Assembly: GCA_009786075.1 (NCBI GenBank)
Contig: WQTX01000001.1
Span: 1,592-65,591, forward strand
Source: Bacteroidota bacterium
GTDB taxonomy: Bacteria > Bacteroidota > Bacteroidia > Bacteroidales > UBA1715
Direction of reading: 5' to 3'
Length of the DNA stretch: 64,000 bases
The translations under genes and the position numbers were made by a program. How positions within the stretch are numbered: position 1 is the first letter of the stretch; each line of letters begins with the position of its first letter. Shown here piece by piece: positions 28,380-37,469 of the stretch. A model generated the notes under the pieces. It saw nothing but the letters and a program-made list of their open reading frames with translations. It had not been told where the DNA came from and ran no database searches.

Positions 28380-29521
28380 ATTATTTTATAATAAAAATCA
28401 ACAAGTTCCTTGAATTTATCTTTTGCGTTAAATTGTTTTGCGTATTGTTTTGCATACTCTGAAATTTGTTGATACAAATCAGTATTATTGTACAAATTTT
28501 CTATAGCATCTGCAAAAGGTTTTGGATTTTGTTCGTAAAACAAAAAACCGTTTTTACCTTGTTCAACAATATCTCTATTACCTTTTCCATCTAAACAAAC
28601 AATAGGCAAACCTGCTGCCATTGCTTCGAGAAAAACTAACCCAAACGGTTCGTACCACGCTGTATGTAAATAAATATCACAATCCTTGTACCAATCTTCC
28701 ACATTATGGATTAAGCCCCTTAACACAACTTCTTTTTCAAGATTGATTTCTTTAATCTTCTCATTTACCAATTCAAAATTCCCCCCTTGTCCTATTAAAT
28801 TTATTTCAAAATTTAAACCTCGTTTTTTTAATTCTTTAGCTATTTCTACACTAAATATTTGATTTTTTTTATCTTGAAAACTACCAACCATTAGTAATTT
28901 TAGTGGTTTTGATTTATCTATACTTCGTTTTTGTTCATAATAGAATTTATCAAAATTAAATCCATAGTAAATTAATTTCACGTTGTTTTCAAATCGTTTT
29001 GGCAGGGCATTTTTATAAAATTTTTCAGTGTGTTTTGAGTTTGCAATAAAATACGTTTTACATTTTTTATATTTTTTTCTAATAAGTATTTGCTTTTCAA
29101 TAAAATTTGCCAACAACGATTTATTGAATAAAATTTTTAAATTGAAATTTTTAAATTGAAACATATTATCATGTCCATGACAAACATATTTTATTTTATT
29201 GTCAACATAATACGAACTTAAAAATTCTGCAAAAAACAAATTAGTGTGCACAATATCAGGTTTATATGTTTCTAAAATTTCTTTATATTTAGAAATTTCG
29301 GTTTTATGAAACAATGAAAAAAGCTTATAATCCAAATTTATGATTTTGAAATTTTTTGTGAGGTTTTGATATTCGTTATTATCATACAACGTTCCTATTA
29401 TAAAATCAATTTGGGGATAGTTTTGCAGTTCGTTGCAAAAATCTACTAAAAAACGCTCGGCTCCTCCTTTATTGAGAGCAGTTATTAGAAATAATATTTT
29501 TAGTTTTTTTCTTTCTTCCAT
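28376..29521 (-). CDS. Glycosyltransferase family 4
   Basis: EPFGLVFLEAMAAGLPIVCLDGKGNRDIVEQGKNG. Confidence 0.85.
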   Translation of the reverse strand: MEERKKLKILFLITALNKGGAERFLVDFCNELQNYPQIDFIIGTLYDNNEYQNLTKNFKIINLDYKLFSLFHKTEISKYKEILETYKPDIVHTNLFFAEFLSSYYVDNKIKYVCHGHDNMFQFKNFNLKILFNKSLLANFIEKQILIRKKYKKCKTYFIANSKHTEKFYKNALPKRFENNVKLIYYGFNFDKFYYEQKRSIDKSKPLKLLMVGSFQDKKNQIFSVEIAKELKKRGLNFEINLIGQGGNFELVNEKIKEINLEKEVVLRGLIHNVEDWYKDCDIYLHTAWYEPFGLVFLEAMAAGLPIVCLDGKGNRDIVEQGKNGFLFYEQNPKPFADAIENLYNNTDLYQQISEYAKQYAKQFNAKDKFKELVDFYYKII

Positions 29522-29526
29522 AATTA

Positions 29527-30450
29527 TTATTTTAACGGGAATATCCCATCGTTATTTATTGTTATTCCTTTTTTCATATCATTTACAGAGGCAAAACAAA
29601 CTATATCTTTATTTTCCCATGGTGCTTTTGTGCCATCATGCCGGTATTGAGAATTTTTGAAATTCATAAAATGAATGTACATAAAATTTCTATTGCAGTC
29701 TCTCGAATTTGTTACAACTCCATCTTTATAAAACCACGTATCGGGTTGTTGACTGTTTATAGTTCCGTCTATCCATGGTATTGTTGTAAAAGGAGTTGTG
29801 TATTGTTCAACCATATACAGTTTTCGAGTTTTAAGTCTTTTTACAAAAATAGTAAAAAATTTATTGATTTTGACATGAAATTTTTCGTTCAATTTATCAA
29901 AAAAAGTCATTGTAAAAGCATTGGTAATTCCGTGTTCATCAATTCCAACAAAATAGGGGTGTAATAATTTGTTTTTCCAATCATAAATGTTTTTATATAT
30001 GTTACGATTTTTTTTTGTATTCTTAAAAATTGCTAAATGCCCGGAAATTCGCACATTATGGGTTGAAAGGACTTCATATCTTGATAAAATTTCGTCGGTA
30101 TAGAAACTGCGAATATCACCAAAAAGTAAATCCATATCTGTCCAGCCATAGAAATCGGAATTTTTAATGTCTTCGTAATGTACAATTGGATAAAGCGGAC
30201 GCAAATCGCAAAGTTTGTAGGCATTAGCAGGTGAAAAGTTTAATTTTAAAACCTTACGAACATTATCAATGTATTCTTGAAAAGTCATTTTTTTGAAACG
30301 ACAATTTTCCATATTTTTATATTTTTCAAAATCGCAGTCGGTATAAAAAATAAAATTTATCGTGGAATTTCTGCGAACGGTTTCAAAATATAAATCAGAC
30401 CATTCGGGGAATTTGCCAAAGTAGGGTATTAGTATTGTTATTGACTGCAT
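29527..30450 (-). CDS. Uncharacterised protein, possible glycosyltransferase
   Basis: The N-terminus ITILIPYFGKFPEWSDLYFETV resembles poorly characterised glycan-locus proteins. There is no firm motif. Confidence 0.35.
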   Translation of the reverse strand: MQSITILIPYFGKFPEWSDLYFETVRRNSTINFIFYTDCDFEKYKNMENCRFKKMTFQEYIDNVRKVLKLNFSPANAYKLCDLRPLYPIVHYEDIKNSDFYGWTDMDLLFGDIRSFYTDEILSRYEVLSTHNVRISGHLAIFKNTKKNRNIYKNIYDWKNKLLHPYFVGIDEHGITNAFTMTFFDKLNEKFHVKINKFFTIFVKRLKTRKLYMVEQYTTPFTTIPWIDGTINSQQPDTWFYKDGVVTNSRDCNRNFMYIHFMNFKNSQYRHDGTKAPWENKDIVCFASVNDMKKGITINNDGIFPLK

Positions 30451-30477
30451 TTATTTTTTAAAATTTTAAATGTTTTT

Positions 30478-31386
30478 TTAGTTCGGGGTTTCTAGTTTCA
30501 AATATGACGCTGTCTCTAAAGTGCAAATTAAAAAATTATATGAATGATATCTGTTTTCATCAACTCGATAAAGATTATCCCTAAGCATAACTGTCATATC
30601 TTTTTCATTTATTTCATAATATAAGTAATTTTTATTGGCAAAGTATTTTTCGATTTTTTTACCTAATTCATTGTTTAATACTTCAATTATGAAATTTGGC
30701 AAAAATTCGGAAATAATATTTTCCATTCCTTCTAAAACTTCTGATTCATAAGATTCAACATCTATAGATATTAAATCAATTGTTTTTATATCGTGTTGGT
30801 CAATAAAATTTTTAAAAGTATGAGTAATTACTTCTCGAGTTGAAAAACTATTTTGTTGTGTTTCTTGTACAACAAATGAAGATGCTGCAGACGATTTTTC
30901 TGATTCGAAAAAAGTCTTTGACCCATTAGTGTTCGAAATCGCAAAATCAAAAACATTAATGTTAAAATTATTTATCTTCAAGTTTTTATTAATTAAATCG
31001 AACGCAAATTTTGAAGGCTCGAAAGAATAAACATTTGCTTCTGGATTAACAGCTTTAGCAACCATAGAATATAAACCAAAATTTGCACCAATGTCAAATA
31101 TATTTTGACTTTTTTTGCACAATTTTCCCCAAATAATTATCGAATTTGCATCCCAACATTTATCAATACCTTCATAATAGATTTCGAACATACCTTTGTC
31201 TATTCGATTAGAGTACAAGTAAAATGACGTGTCTAAAATGTTAACCTTAAATTTTCCATTAAACCAAAGGTCTTTTATATATTTTTCAAAACTAAGATTC
31301 ATTTGTTTTAATAAAAATATAATCTGTTTCTTAAATGGAATGTGTTGCCAAGTTTTAATAATTAAAGAATAAATTCTTGCTTTCAT
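30478..31386 (-). CDS. FkbM-family methyltransferase
   Basis: IFDIGANFGLYSMVA, followed by a NVYSFEPS-type segment. Confidence 0.7.
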   Translation of the reverse strand: MKARIYSLIIKTWQHIPFKKQIIFLLKQMNLSFEKYIKDLWFNGKFKVNILDTSFYLYSNRIDKGMFEIYYEGIDKCWDANSIIIWGKLCKKSQNIFDIGANFGLYSMVAKAVNPEANVYSFEPSKFAFDLINKNLKINNFNINVFDFAISNTNGSKTFFESEKSSAASSFVVQETQQNSFSTREVITHTFKNFIDQHDIKTIDLISIDVESYESEVLEGMENIISEFLPNFIIEVLNNELGKKIEKYFANKNYLYYEINEKDMTVMLRDNLYRVDENRYHSYNFLICTLETASYLKLETPN

Positions 31387-31394
31387 TTTATTAT

Positions 31395-32411
31395 TTATAT
31401 TTTAGTTTTTACAAGGGTTGTTTTAGGTGGGTCAAAAAGGTAGCCTAATTTAAAAATTCTGTATAAACAAAATTCTATAGACCTATTAAACAATGTGTTT
31501 TGTTTTTTTGTTTTTAAGTAAAGCCAGAATAATTTTTTGTATTTTAAATTTGATAAAGAATATATAGATTTTGCCTCTTCTTTTAAATTTGTTTTTATCA
31601 ACAAAATACATGTCCTAACTATGAATCTATTAATGGCAACATTTAGATTTTTATGAATTTGAACAGAATTTCTAACATTCAATATTGTTTCAATTAAAAC
31701 AGGAGTTCTGTTTTTTAGTTTGGTTTCTGAATAATAATCAGTTCCAATAGAAATATGACTTGGTGAACATCTGTAAAAAGTATTTTTGCTTATTTGTCCT
31801 TCGTCAATTTTGGCGTATTTTATTCCTTGTACCAATTTATTGACATGCATTTCCCAATCTTGAAAACTTTGGGCTTTCTCATTAAACCAATCATTACGAT
31901 TCAAATTTTTCATGTTCCATAATGGACCGGAAGTATGCCATGGCATATCCATATTAAAAAATCTTATCAAATCGTCTTCTTCTTTAATCAACTTATTCCA
32001 TTGATATTTGGGGTTTTTTATTGAATCAGAAAAAATAGCTGTAGGAAAAATTAAAGCGTCATAATTTTTATACTCAAAAGTTTTGTTAACTCTGTAATTT
32101 AAACAGTCTTGAGAAAGTATATCATCTGAATCTAAAAACATTAAAAAATCCCCTTTTGACTTTTCAACTCCTATGTTTCGACAATAGCTAGCTCCTTTCG
32201 GTTCACGGAGTCGTTTAAATATTTTTATTCGCTTATCTTTTGCTGCATATTCTTCTAAACTTTGCCAAGTATTATCGGTAGAACCATCATCAACAACAAT
32301 ACATTCCCAATTTTGGTATGTTTGCCACAAACAACTTCCCAATGCTTCTTTTACTAACTCTTGGCGATTGTAAACGGGTATTATTATTGAAATTAAAGGA
32401 TCTGTTACCAT
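31395..32411 (-). CDS. Glycosyltransferase family 2
   Basis: ISIIIPVYNRQELVKEALGSCLWQTYQNWECIVVDDGSTDNT and FLDSDD. Confidence 0.85.
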   Translation of the reverse strand: MVTDPLISIIIPVYNRQELVKEALGSCLWQTYQNWECIVVDDGSTDNTWQSLEEYAAKDKRIKIFKRLREPKGASYCRNIGVEKSKGDFLMFLDSDDILSQDCLNYRVNKTFEYKNYDALIFPTAIFSDSIKNPKYQWNKLIKEEDDLIRFFNMDMPWHTSGPLWNMKNLNRNDWFNEKAQSFQDWEMHVNKLVQGIKYAKIDEGQISKNTFYRCSPSHISIGTDYYSETKLKNRTPVLIETILNVRNSVQIHKNLNVAINRFIVRTCILLIKTNLKEEAKSIYSLSNLKYKKLFWLYLKTKKQNTLFNRSIEFCLYRIFKLGYLFDPPKTTLVKTKI

Positions 32412-32486
32412 TGTATGTTTTTGTGGGGTATTATTATTGAATAGTTAATCATAGGGGTTATATTTCAAGTTTTCTTTTCCAATCCA

Positions 32487-33227
32487 TTACATCGAACTCA
32501 AAAATTTTAAATCTTCGGAGCAGAGGAGAAAGTGTTTTTTATCTCCGTGATATATCGCGTGAAAATATTTTATGTTATTTTCAGTTAAAATACGTTGCAT
32601 TTCTTGGGCAGTTTCTTGTTCGCCTATTCTATTGTAATCGTCAAGCAGTATGCAAAAACTTTGTTCTAGAATATTAGGAATAAGTTCCAAAATTTGAGAA
32701 CGGGAATAATGTTCTGAACCAAAAGGTGCATCTATCAATATTAAATTAAATTTTTGGTTTTCAAATTCTTGTTTAATGTTTTTATAGGTCAATGTTTTAA
32801 AACCTTTATAATTAATAGTTTCTAATTCCAATTGTTTTATGTTTGCTTTTTGCGAAAAACCTTTTTTGAAAAAATCTATCCACGCAGCATCGTGTTCACA
32901 CGTAATTACATAATTTTCTTTGTGGAAATTACCAAATTGTTGTACTAACTTTGACGATTGCCCCAAACCAAATTCTAAAATTTTTTGCGGTTTTATTTCA
33001 TCCAATATTCGGAATAACGTGTATAAAAAACTAAAATCTACCGCCCAACGTCCAGGGTAAAATTTCTTATCGGAAACCCATTCACAATTCGCTATCGAGT
33101 TGAGAAAAATATCCGCTTTCAGTTGTTCATTTTGCAGAGATATTGTTTTTTCATTTTGACTTGTTATGGTCAATAACATCTCTTTGAGATTTTTTACGCT
33201 TGGTATTTTATTTATAAGCTTTTTCAT
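32487..33227 (-). CDS. Putative class I SAM-dependent methyltransferase
   Basis: Motif I-like ILEFGLGQSS and a post-I acidic strand, then LILIDAPFG. Confidence 0.45.
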   Translation of the reverse strand: MKKLINKIPSVKNLKEMLLTITSQNEKTISLQNEQLKADIFLNSIANCEWVSDKKFYPGRWAVDFSFLYTLFRILDEIKPQKILEFGLGQSSKLVQQFGNFHKENYVITCEHDAAWIDFFKKGFSQKANIKQLELETINYKGFKTLTYKNIKQEFENQKFNLILIDAPFGSEHYSRSQILELIPNILEQSFCILLDDYNRIGEQETAQEMQRILTENNIKYFHAIYHGDKKHFLLCSEDLKFLSSM

Positions 33228-33231
33228 TGTA

Positions 33232-34509
33232 TTAGTTGTGTATTTTATAATCTAAAACTATATACCCTTGGTTATTCGGAATATTTCTGCCTGTTTTATA
33301 AAAATCATTGAATTGAATATTTATTTTGCTAACCTCAACCAAATGGTCGGCTAAACCAAAATCGGTATCGCAGTATAAATTTACATTATATTGTCCTTCA
33401 TTCAAACAATTTCTTTCTATATTGAAACTGATTTCCCCATTGTCGAGAATTGTGTCGGTAAACATTTTAGAACTTAACCACGCAATTCTATGTCCAAAAA
33501 TAGTATTTATACCAATATCAATGCGTGAATTTTTAGTTTTAGAAAATTCTTCACTCACATTATAATTTATTATGATGTTTATATTTTCTCCTGTTTCAAA
33601 ATTGTTTCTACTATTGCCGTAGTCGTCTTTAAGTTGAATGTTGGTAAATCGAATTATGCCATTACCATTTCTTTTTTGAATATCATTTATATCAATTCGT
33701 GCTCTTTCTTCTTGAAAATGTAAATATCTATCAATTGTATCATCAATACTGCCAACAAAATTCAACATTCCATCTTTCAACAAAACTCCCGTTTTACACA
33801 AATTGCGCACCGCCGCCATATTATGACTAACAAAAAGCACAGTCCGCCCCTCACCCTTACTAACATCCTGCATCTTCCCAATAGCCTTTTTCTGAAATTC
33901 CGCATCGCCCACGGCTAAAACCTCATCAACCACCAAAATTTCGGGTTCCAAGTGTGCGGCAATGGCAAAGCCAAGGCGCACGGTCATTCCCGAGGAATAG
34001 CGTTTTGTGGGTGTGTCAAGGTAGCGTTCTATGCCGGCAAAATCTACAATTTCGTCCAATTTTCGAGTAATTTCGGCACGGGTCATTCCCATAATTGCGC
34101 CGTTCATATAAATATTTTCACGTCCCGTCATTTCGGGGTGGAAGCCGGTACCAACTTCTAATAATGAGGCTATGCGCCCTTTATATGAAATAATTCCGGT
34201 GCTTGGTTTGGTTACTCGTGAGAGTATTTTTAGTAAGGTTGATTTTCCTGCTCCGTTTTTACCGATTATGCCAACAACATCGCCCTGTTCAATTTCTAAA
34301 TTAATATCTTTGAGTGCCCACACGTAATCGCTCATGCCTTTTTTTGAGCGGTCGTTGGTTTCACCAATTTTCAAAAAGGGGTCTTCGCGGCGCAGCACGT
34401 TCATTGTCCACCAGCGGTTGAGGTCGTGGCTTAGTGTGCCGGTGCCTATTAAACCGAGGCGGTATTGTTTGCTTAGGTTTTCTATTTTTATTGCGGTGGT
34501 GGTGTTCAT
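33232..34509 (-). CDS. wzt: Polysaccharide ABC exporter ATP-binding protein with a C-terminal extension (Wzt-like)
   Basis: Walker A GIIGKNGAGKSTLLK, signature YSSGMTVRLGFA, Walker B ILVVDEVLAVGD. A ~170-aa beta-rich C-terminal domain follows. Confidence 0.9.
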   Translation of the reverse strand: MNTTTAIKIENLSKQYRLGLIGTGTLSHDLNRWWTMNVLRREDPFLKIGETNDRSKKGMSDYVWALKDINLEIEQGDVVGIIGKNGAGKSTLLKILSRVTKPSTGIISYKGRIASLLEVGTGFHPEMTGRENIYMNGAIMGMTRAEITRKLDEIVDFAGIERYLDTPTKRYSSGMTVRLGFAIAAHLEPEILVVDEVLAVGDAEFQKKAIGKMQDVSKGEGRTVLFVSHNMAAVRNLCKTGVLLKDGMLNFVGSIDDTIDRYLHFQEERARIDINDIQKRNGNGIIRFTNIQLKDDYGNSRNNFETGENINIIINYNVSEEFSKTKNSRIDIGINTIFGHRIAWLSSKMFTDTILDNGEISFNIERNCLNEGQYNVNLYCDTDFGLADHLVEVSKINIQFNDFYKTGRNIPNNQGYIVLDYKIHN

Positions 34510-34517
34510 AATAGTTT

Positions 34518-35717
34518 TTAAATATTTCGATATTCTTTTTCTATAATTTTAAACAAATCTTCCTTGTTGGGCAGTTCCAAAAGATATTTCGATACAAAAA
34601 GTTGATTATCCATTGAGCCTTTGGCATATTCTATCAAAGTACTGTTTTTATTGGTTACGAGCAATATTCCAACAGGTGGATTATCGCCTTCGTGCATTTC
34701 GTGTCGCTTGTAATGTTCCAAATATGCATTTAATTGCCCTATATATTTGTGTTTAAATTCATCTATTTTGATTTCTATCAAAACGTGACAATGCAAAATC
34801 CGGTGGTAAAACACCAAATCAATAGGAAAATATTCGTCTTCTATCAAAATTCGTTTTTGCCGTGCTTCAAAACAAAATCCTGTGCCAAATTCAAGTAGAA
34901 AATTTTGCAAATTGTCCATTATAGCTTGCTCCAAATCGGATTCTAAAACCACATCTCGTGCTTTCAACCCCAAAAGTTCAAAAACAAAAGGCGATTTTAC
35001 AACGTCTTCAAAATTTTGTTTTTCTGCCGAATTTTGCACCCTTTCTATGAGTTTTTCCGGTTTTTTGCTTATGCCAGTGCGCTCATAAAATAGCGAATTT
35101 ATTTGTCGTCGCAATTCCCGCACACTCCACGTACCCTTTATACACTCAATTTCATAAAAAGCACGTTTCAAAGGTTCATCAATTTTAAGCAACTCCGAAA
35201 AATGTGAAAAAGAAAGATTTGTAAGTAATTTTATGGGGTTAACAAACGATTGATTTTCTGTGTTTTGCAATTCTTGGGACACTGTCCCAAACTTTTGTTG
35301 CAATTCAACAGACAGTGTCTGTTGAATTATATTATTTTCATTATCAAAACTTTGCAATTCAACAGACAGTGTCTGTTGAATTTGTTTCATGCCCCGAGCT
35401 TGCAATTCAACTGACACCGTCGGTTGAATTTGAGGATATGCTACATAAAAACTTCGACACAATCGCAACGAAGTAGGAACAACACCTTTTAACCCCTTTT
35501 CTGCAAGAGATTTATATAATTCATCTATCAAATTTTCCCCATACTTAGCCCTGTCTGCCCCATTTTGCTCATATTCCACAATATAAAAACCAAACAACCA
35601 ATTCCGCAACGTTAAACTCACATTAACAGCTTTCAAGGCATAGCCTTTCATTGCTTCGTGAGTTTGGTAAATTTGATTTACCAATTCATTGAAATTATGT
35701 TGTGTTAAAATCTTCAT
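34518..35717 (-). CDS. YhcG/DUF1016-family PD-(D/E)xK nuclease
   Basis: LSFSHFSELLKIDEPLKRAFYEIECIKGTWSVRELRRQINSLFYER, plus the nuclease core PIDLVFYH...VLIEIKIDEFK. Confidence 0.8.
   Translation of the reverse strand: MKILTQHNFNELVNQIYQTHEAMKGYALKAVNVSLTLRNWLFGFYIVEYEQNGADRAKYGENLIDELYKSLAEKGLKGVVPTSLRLCRSFYVAYPQIQPTVSVELQARGMKQIQQTLSVELQSFDNENNIIQQTLSVELQQKFGTVSQELQNTENQSFVNPIKLLTNLSFSHFSELLKIDEPLKRAFYEIECIKGTWSVRELRRQINSLFYERTGISKKPEKLIERVQNSAEKQNFEDVVKSPFVFELLGLKARDVVLESDLEQAIMDNLQNFLLEFGTGFCFEARQKRILIEDEYFPIDLVFYHRILHCHVLIEIKIDEFKHKYIGQLNAYLEHYKRHEMHEGDNPPVGILLVTNKNSTLIEYAKGSMDNQLFVSKYLLELPNKEDLFKIIEKEYRNI
35265..35429 (-). repeat. Four palindromic coding repeats inside the YhcG-like gene
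   Basis: TTGGGACACTGTCCCAA (35274-35290). TTGCAATTCAACAGACAGTGTCTGTTGAAT occurs at 35298-35327 and 35352-35381, with a variant at 35400-35429. They encode the (I)QQTLSVELQ units. Confidence 0.8.
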
Positions 35718-35791
35718 TTTTTTATTTTTTCCCGTTATTCCATTATTTAGGTAGCCTCGTCAACTTGGTTACTTGTTACTTGTCAACTTGC

Positions 35792-36634
35792 TTAAACCGT
35801 ATCCATAAACCCTTTCTCAACTTTATTAAAAACCACAATTCCCACAAACAACAAAACTATCATAAATAGAAAACTATACGCCAAATATACCCACGAAAAA
35901 ACACCTTGTCCCACGAACGCATATTTGAACGTTTCTATAATCGAAGTCATTGGATTTAAGGCAAGGAGCCATTGTTTGTCGGCAGAGAATTCATTTAAGG
36001 GGTAAATTACCGGAGTTGCGTACATCCATAATTGCACACCGAATTGCAGCAAAAACGTGAGGTCTTTGTATTTGGTGGTCATCGACGAAAATATAATGCC
36101 AAAGCCCAAACTTAAACCGGCGGTCATGAGTATCAACAGCGGAAGTAAGGCAATTCCCCAGTTAGGCTGAATGTTATATTCCGGTTGGAACAAATAAAAC
36201 AAAAATATGAGTAAGAAAATGCCAAATTGAATACCAAATCGCACTAAATTTGAAATAGTAATAGAAAGCGGAACTACCAATCGAGGGAAATACACTTTGC
36301 CAAAAACGGCTTGATTTTCAATAAACGTTTTGGAATTGCGTGTCAAACAATCCGAAAAATAATTCCACAACGTAATGCCGGCAAAGTAAAACAGGGGTTG
36401 GGGAATATTATCGGTAGAAATTCCTGCTAAATTGCCAAACACAAACATAAACATAATAGTTGTGAGCACCGGCTGAATAATAAACCACAGCGGTCCTAAA
36501 ATAGTTTGCTTGTAAAACGTTACAATATCACGTTTTACGTACATGAGCGTTAAATCACGGTATGCCCACAATTCTTTTAAATTGAGCTCTAACAAACTCG
36601 ATGTGGGTTTTATAACAGTAGTTGTCAATAACAT
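35792..36634 (-). CDS. wzm: ABC-2-type polysaccharide exporter permease (Wzm-like)
   Basis: Six TM segments. The N-terminus LWAYRDLTLMYVKRDIVTFYKQTILGPLW is typical of Wzm/TagG permeases. Confidence 0.85.
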   Translation of the reverse strand: MLLTTTVIKPTSSLLELNLKELWAYRDLTLMYVKRDIVTFYKQTILGPLWFIIQPVLTTIMFMFVFGNLAGISTDNIPQPLFYFAGITLWNYFSDCLTRNSKTFIENQAVFGKVYFPRLVVPLSITISNLVRFGIQFGIFLLIFLFYLFQPEYNIQPNWGIALLPLLILMTAGLSLGFGIIFSSMTTKYKDLTFLLQFGVQLWMYATPVIYPLNEFSADKQWLLALNPMTSIIETFKYAFVGQGVFSWVYLAYSFLFMIVLLFVGIVVFNKVEKGFMDTV

Positions 36635-36829
36635 GGTTGTGTGTTGTGAATTTACAAAGATATAAATTAATCGTAATCTATAAGCGGTAATACTCTATTT
36701 TTAGATTTTTTAGCAAAATTATTTCAATAAAAATGAATTTTTTCCGTTTTATTCAAAATATTTTTATGATTCATGATTTTCAATTTACAATTAAATTTGT
36801 ATTTTGCAACACAATTAAAATCAAACTAT

Positions 36830-37303
36830 ATGAACAAACGAATATTACCTCCGCAAAAAGCGCTCGAAAAATTAATGTCGTATTGCAGTAAAATGGAACG
36901 CAGCGAAGCCGATGTGCGTCAAAAACTCTTCAATTGGGGTATTGACACAAAAAAAACAAACGAAATAATTGAACAACTCAAAAAGAATTCTTTTATCGAC
37001 GGTTCGCGCTACATACACGCCTTTATTCGCGGCAAGTATTATTACAACAAATGGGGACGGGTAAAAATCCGTTTCAATCTGAAATTAAAAGGATTTTCCG
37101 ACGAAGAAATCAACTCTGCTATGGACGCATTTTTTGCAACCGTGGATTACGAAGCCATGATTTACGAACAATTGGAACGCAAAAATAAATCGCTTTCGAT
37201 TGACGATGAATACCTGCGAAAGTCAAAATTGATACTTTTCGGGCAAAGCCGTGGCTACGAAACCGAAATTTCGCTGAATTGTGTTGATAAAATACTTAGT
37301 TAG
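36830..37303 (+). CDS. recX: RecX-family regulatory protein
   Basis: ALEKLMSYCSKMERSEADVRQKLFNWGI and repeated three-helix units. Start moved to the ATG at 36830. Confidence 0.7.
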   Translation: MNKRILPPQKALEKLMSYCSKMERSEADVRQKLFNWGIDTKKTNEIIEQLKKNSFIDGSRYIHAFIRGKYYYNKWGRVKIRFNLKLKGFSDEEINSAMDAFFATVDYEAMIYEQLERKNKSLSIDDEYLRKSKLILFGQSRGYETEISLNCVDKILS

Positions 37304-37351
37304 ACTTTTAGACGGAAGACAAAAAGTCGCAGGCAATTTATCAAAATATTT

Positions 37352-37382
37352 AAAAGGCATGAGTTGTTAATTCATGCCTTTT
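37352..37382 (+). terminator. Rho-independent terminator after recX
   Basis: AAAAGGCATGA ... TTCATGCCTTTT, followed by a T-rich tract. Confidence 0.65.
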
Positions 37383-37469
37383 GTGTATTTTTGTACAATT
37401 CGTTTTTAACAATATACATATTCAATTTCTCGTTAACTTGTTTACTCGTCAACTAAAAACCTAATTCCT

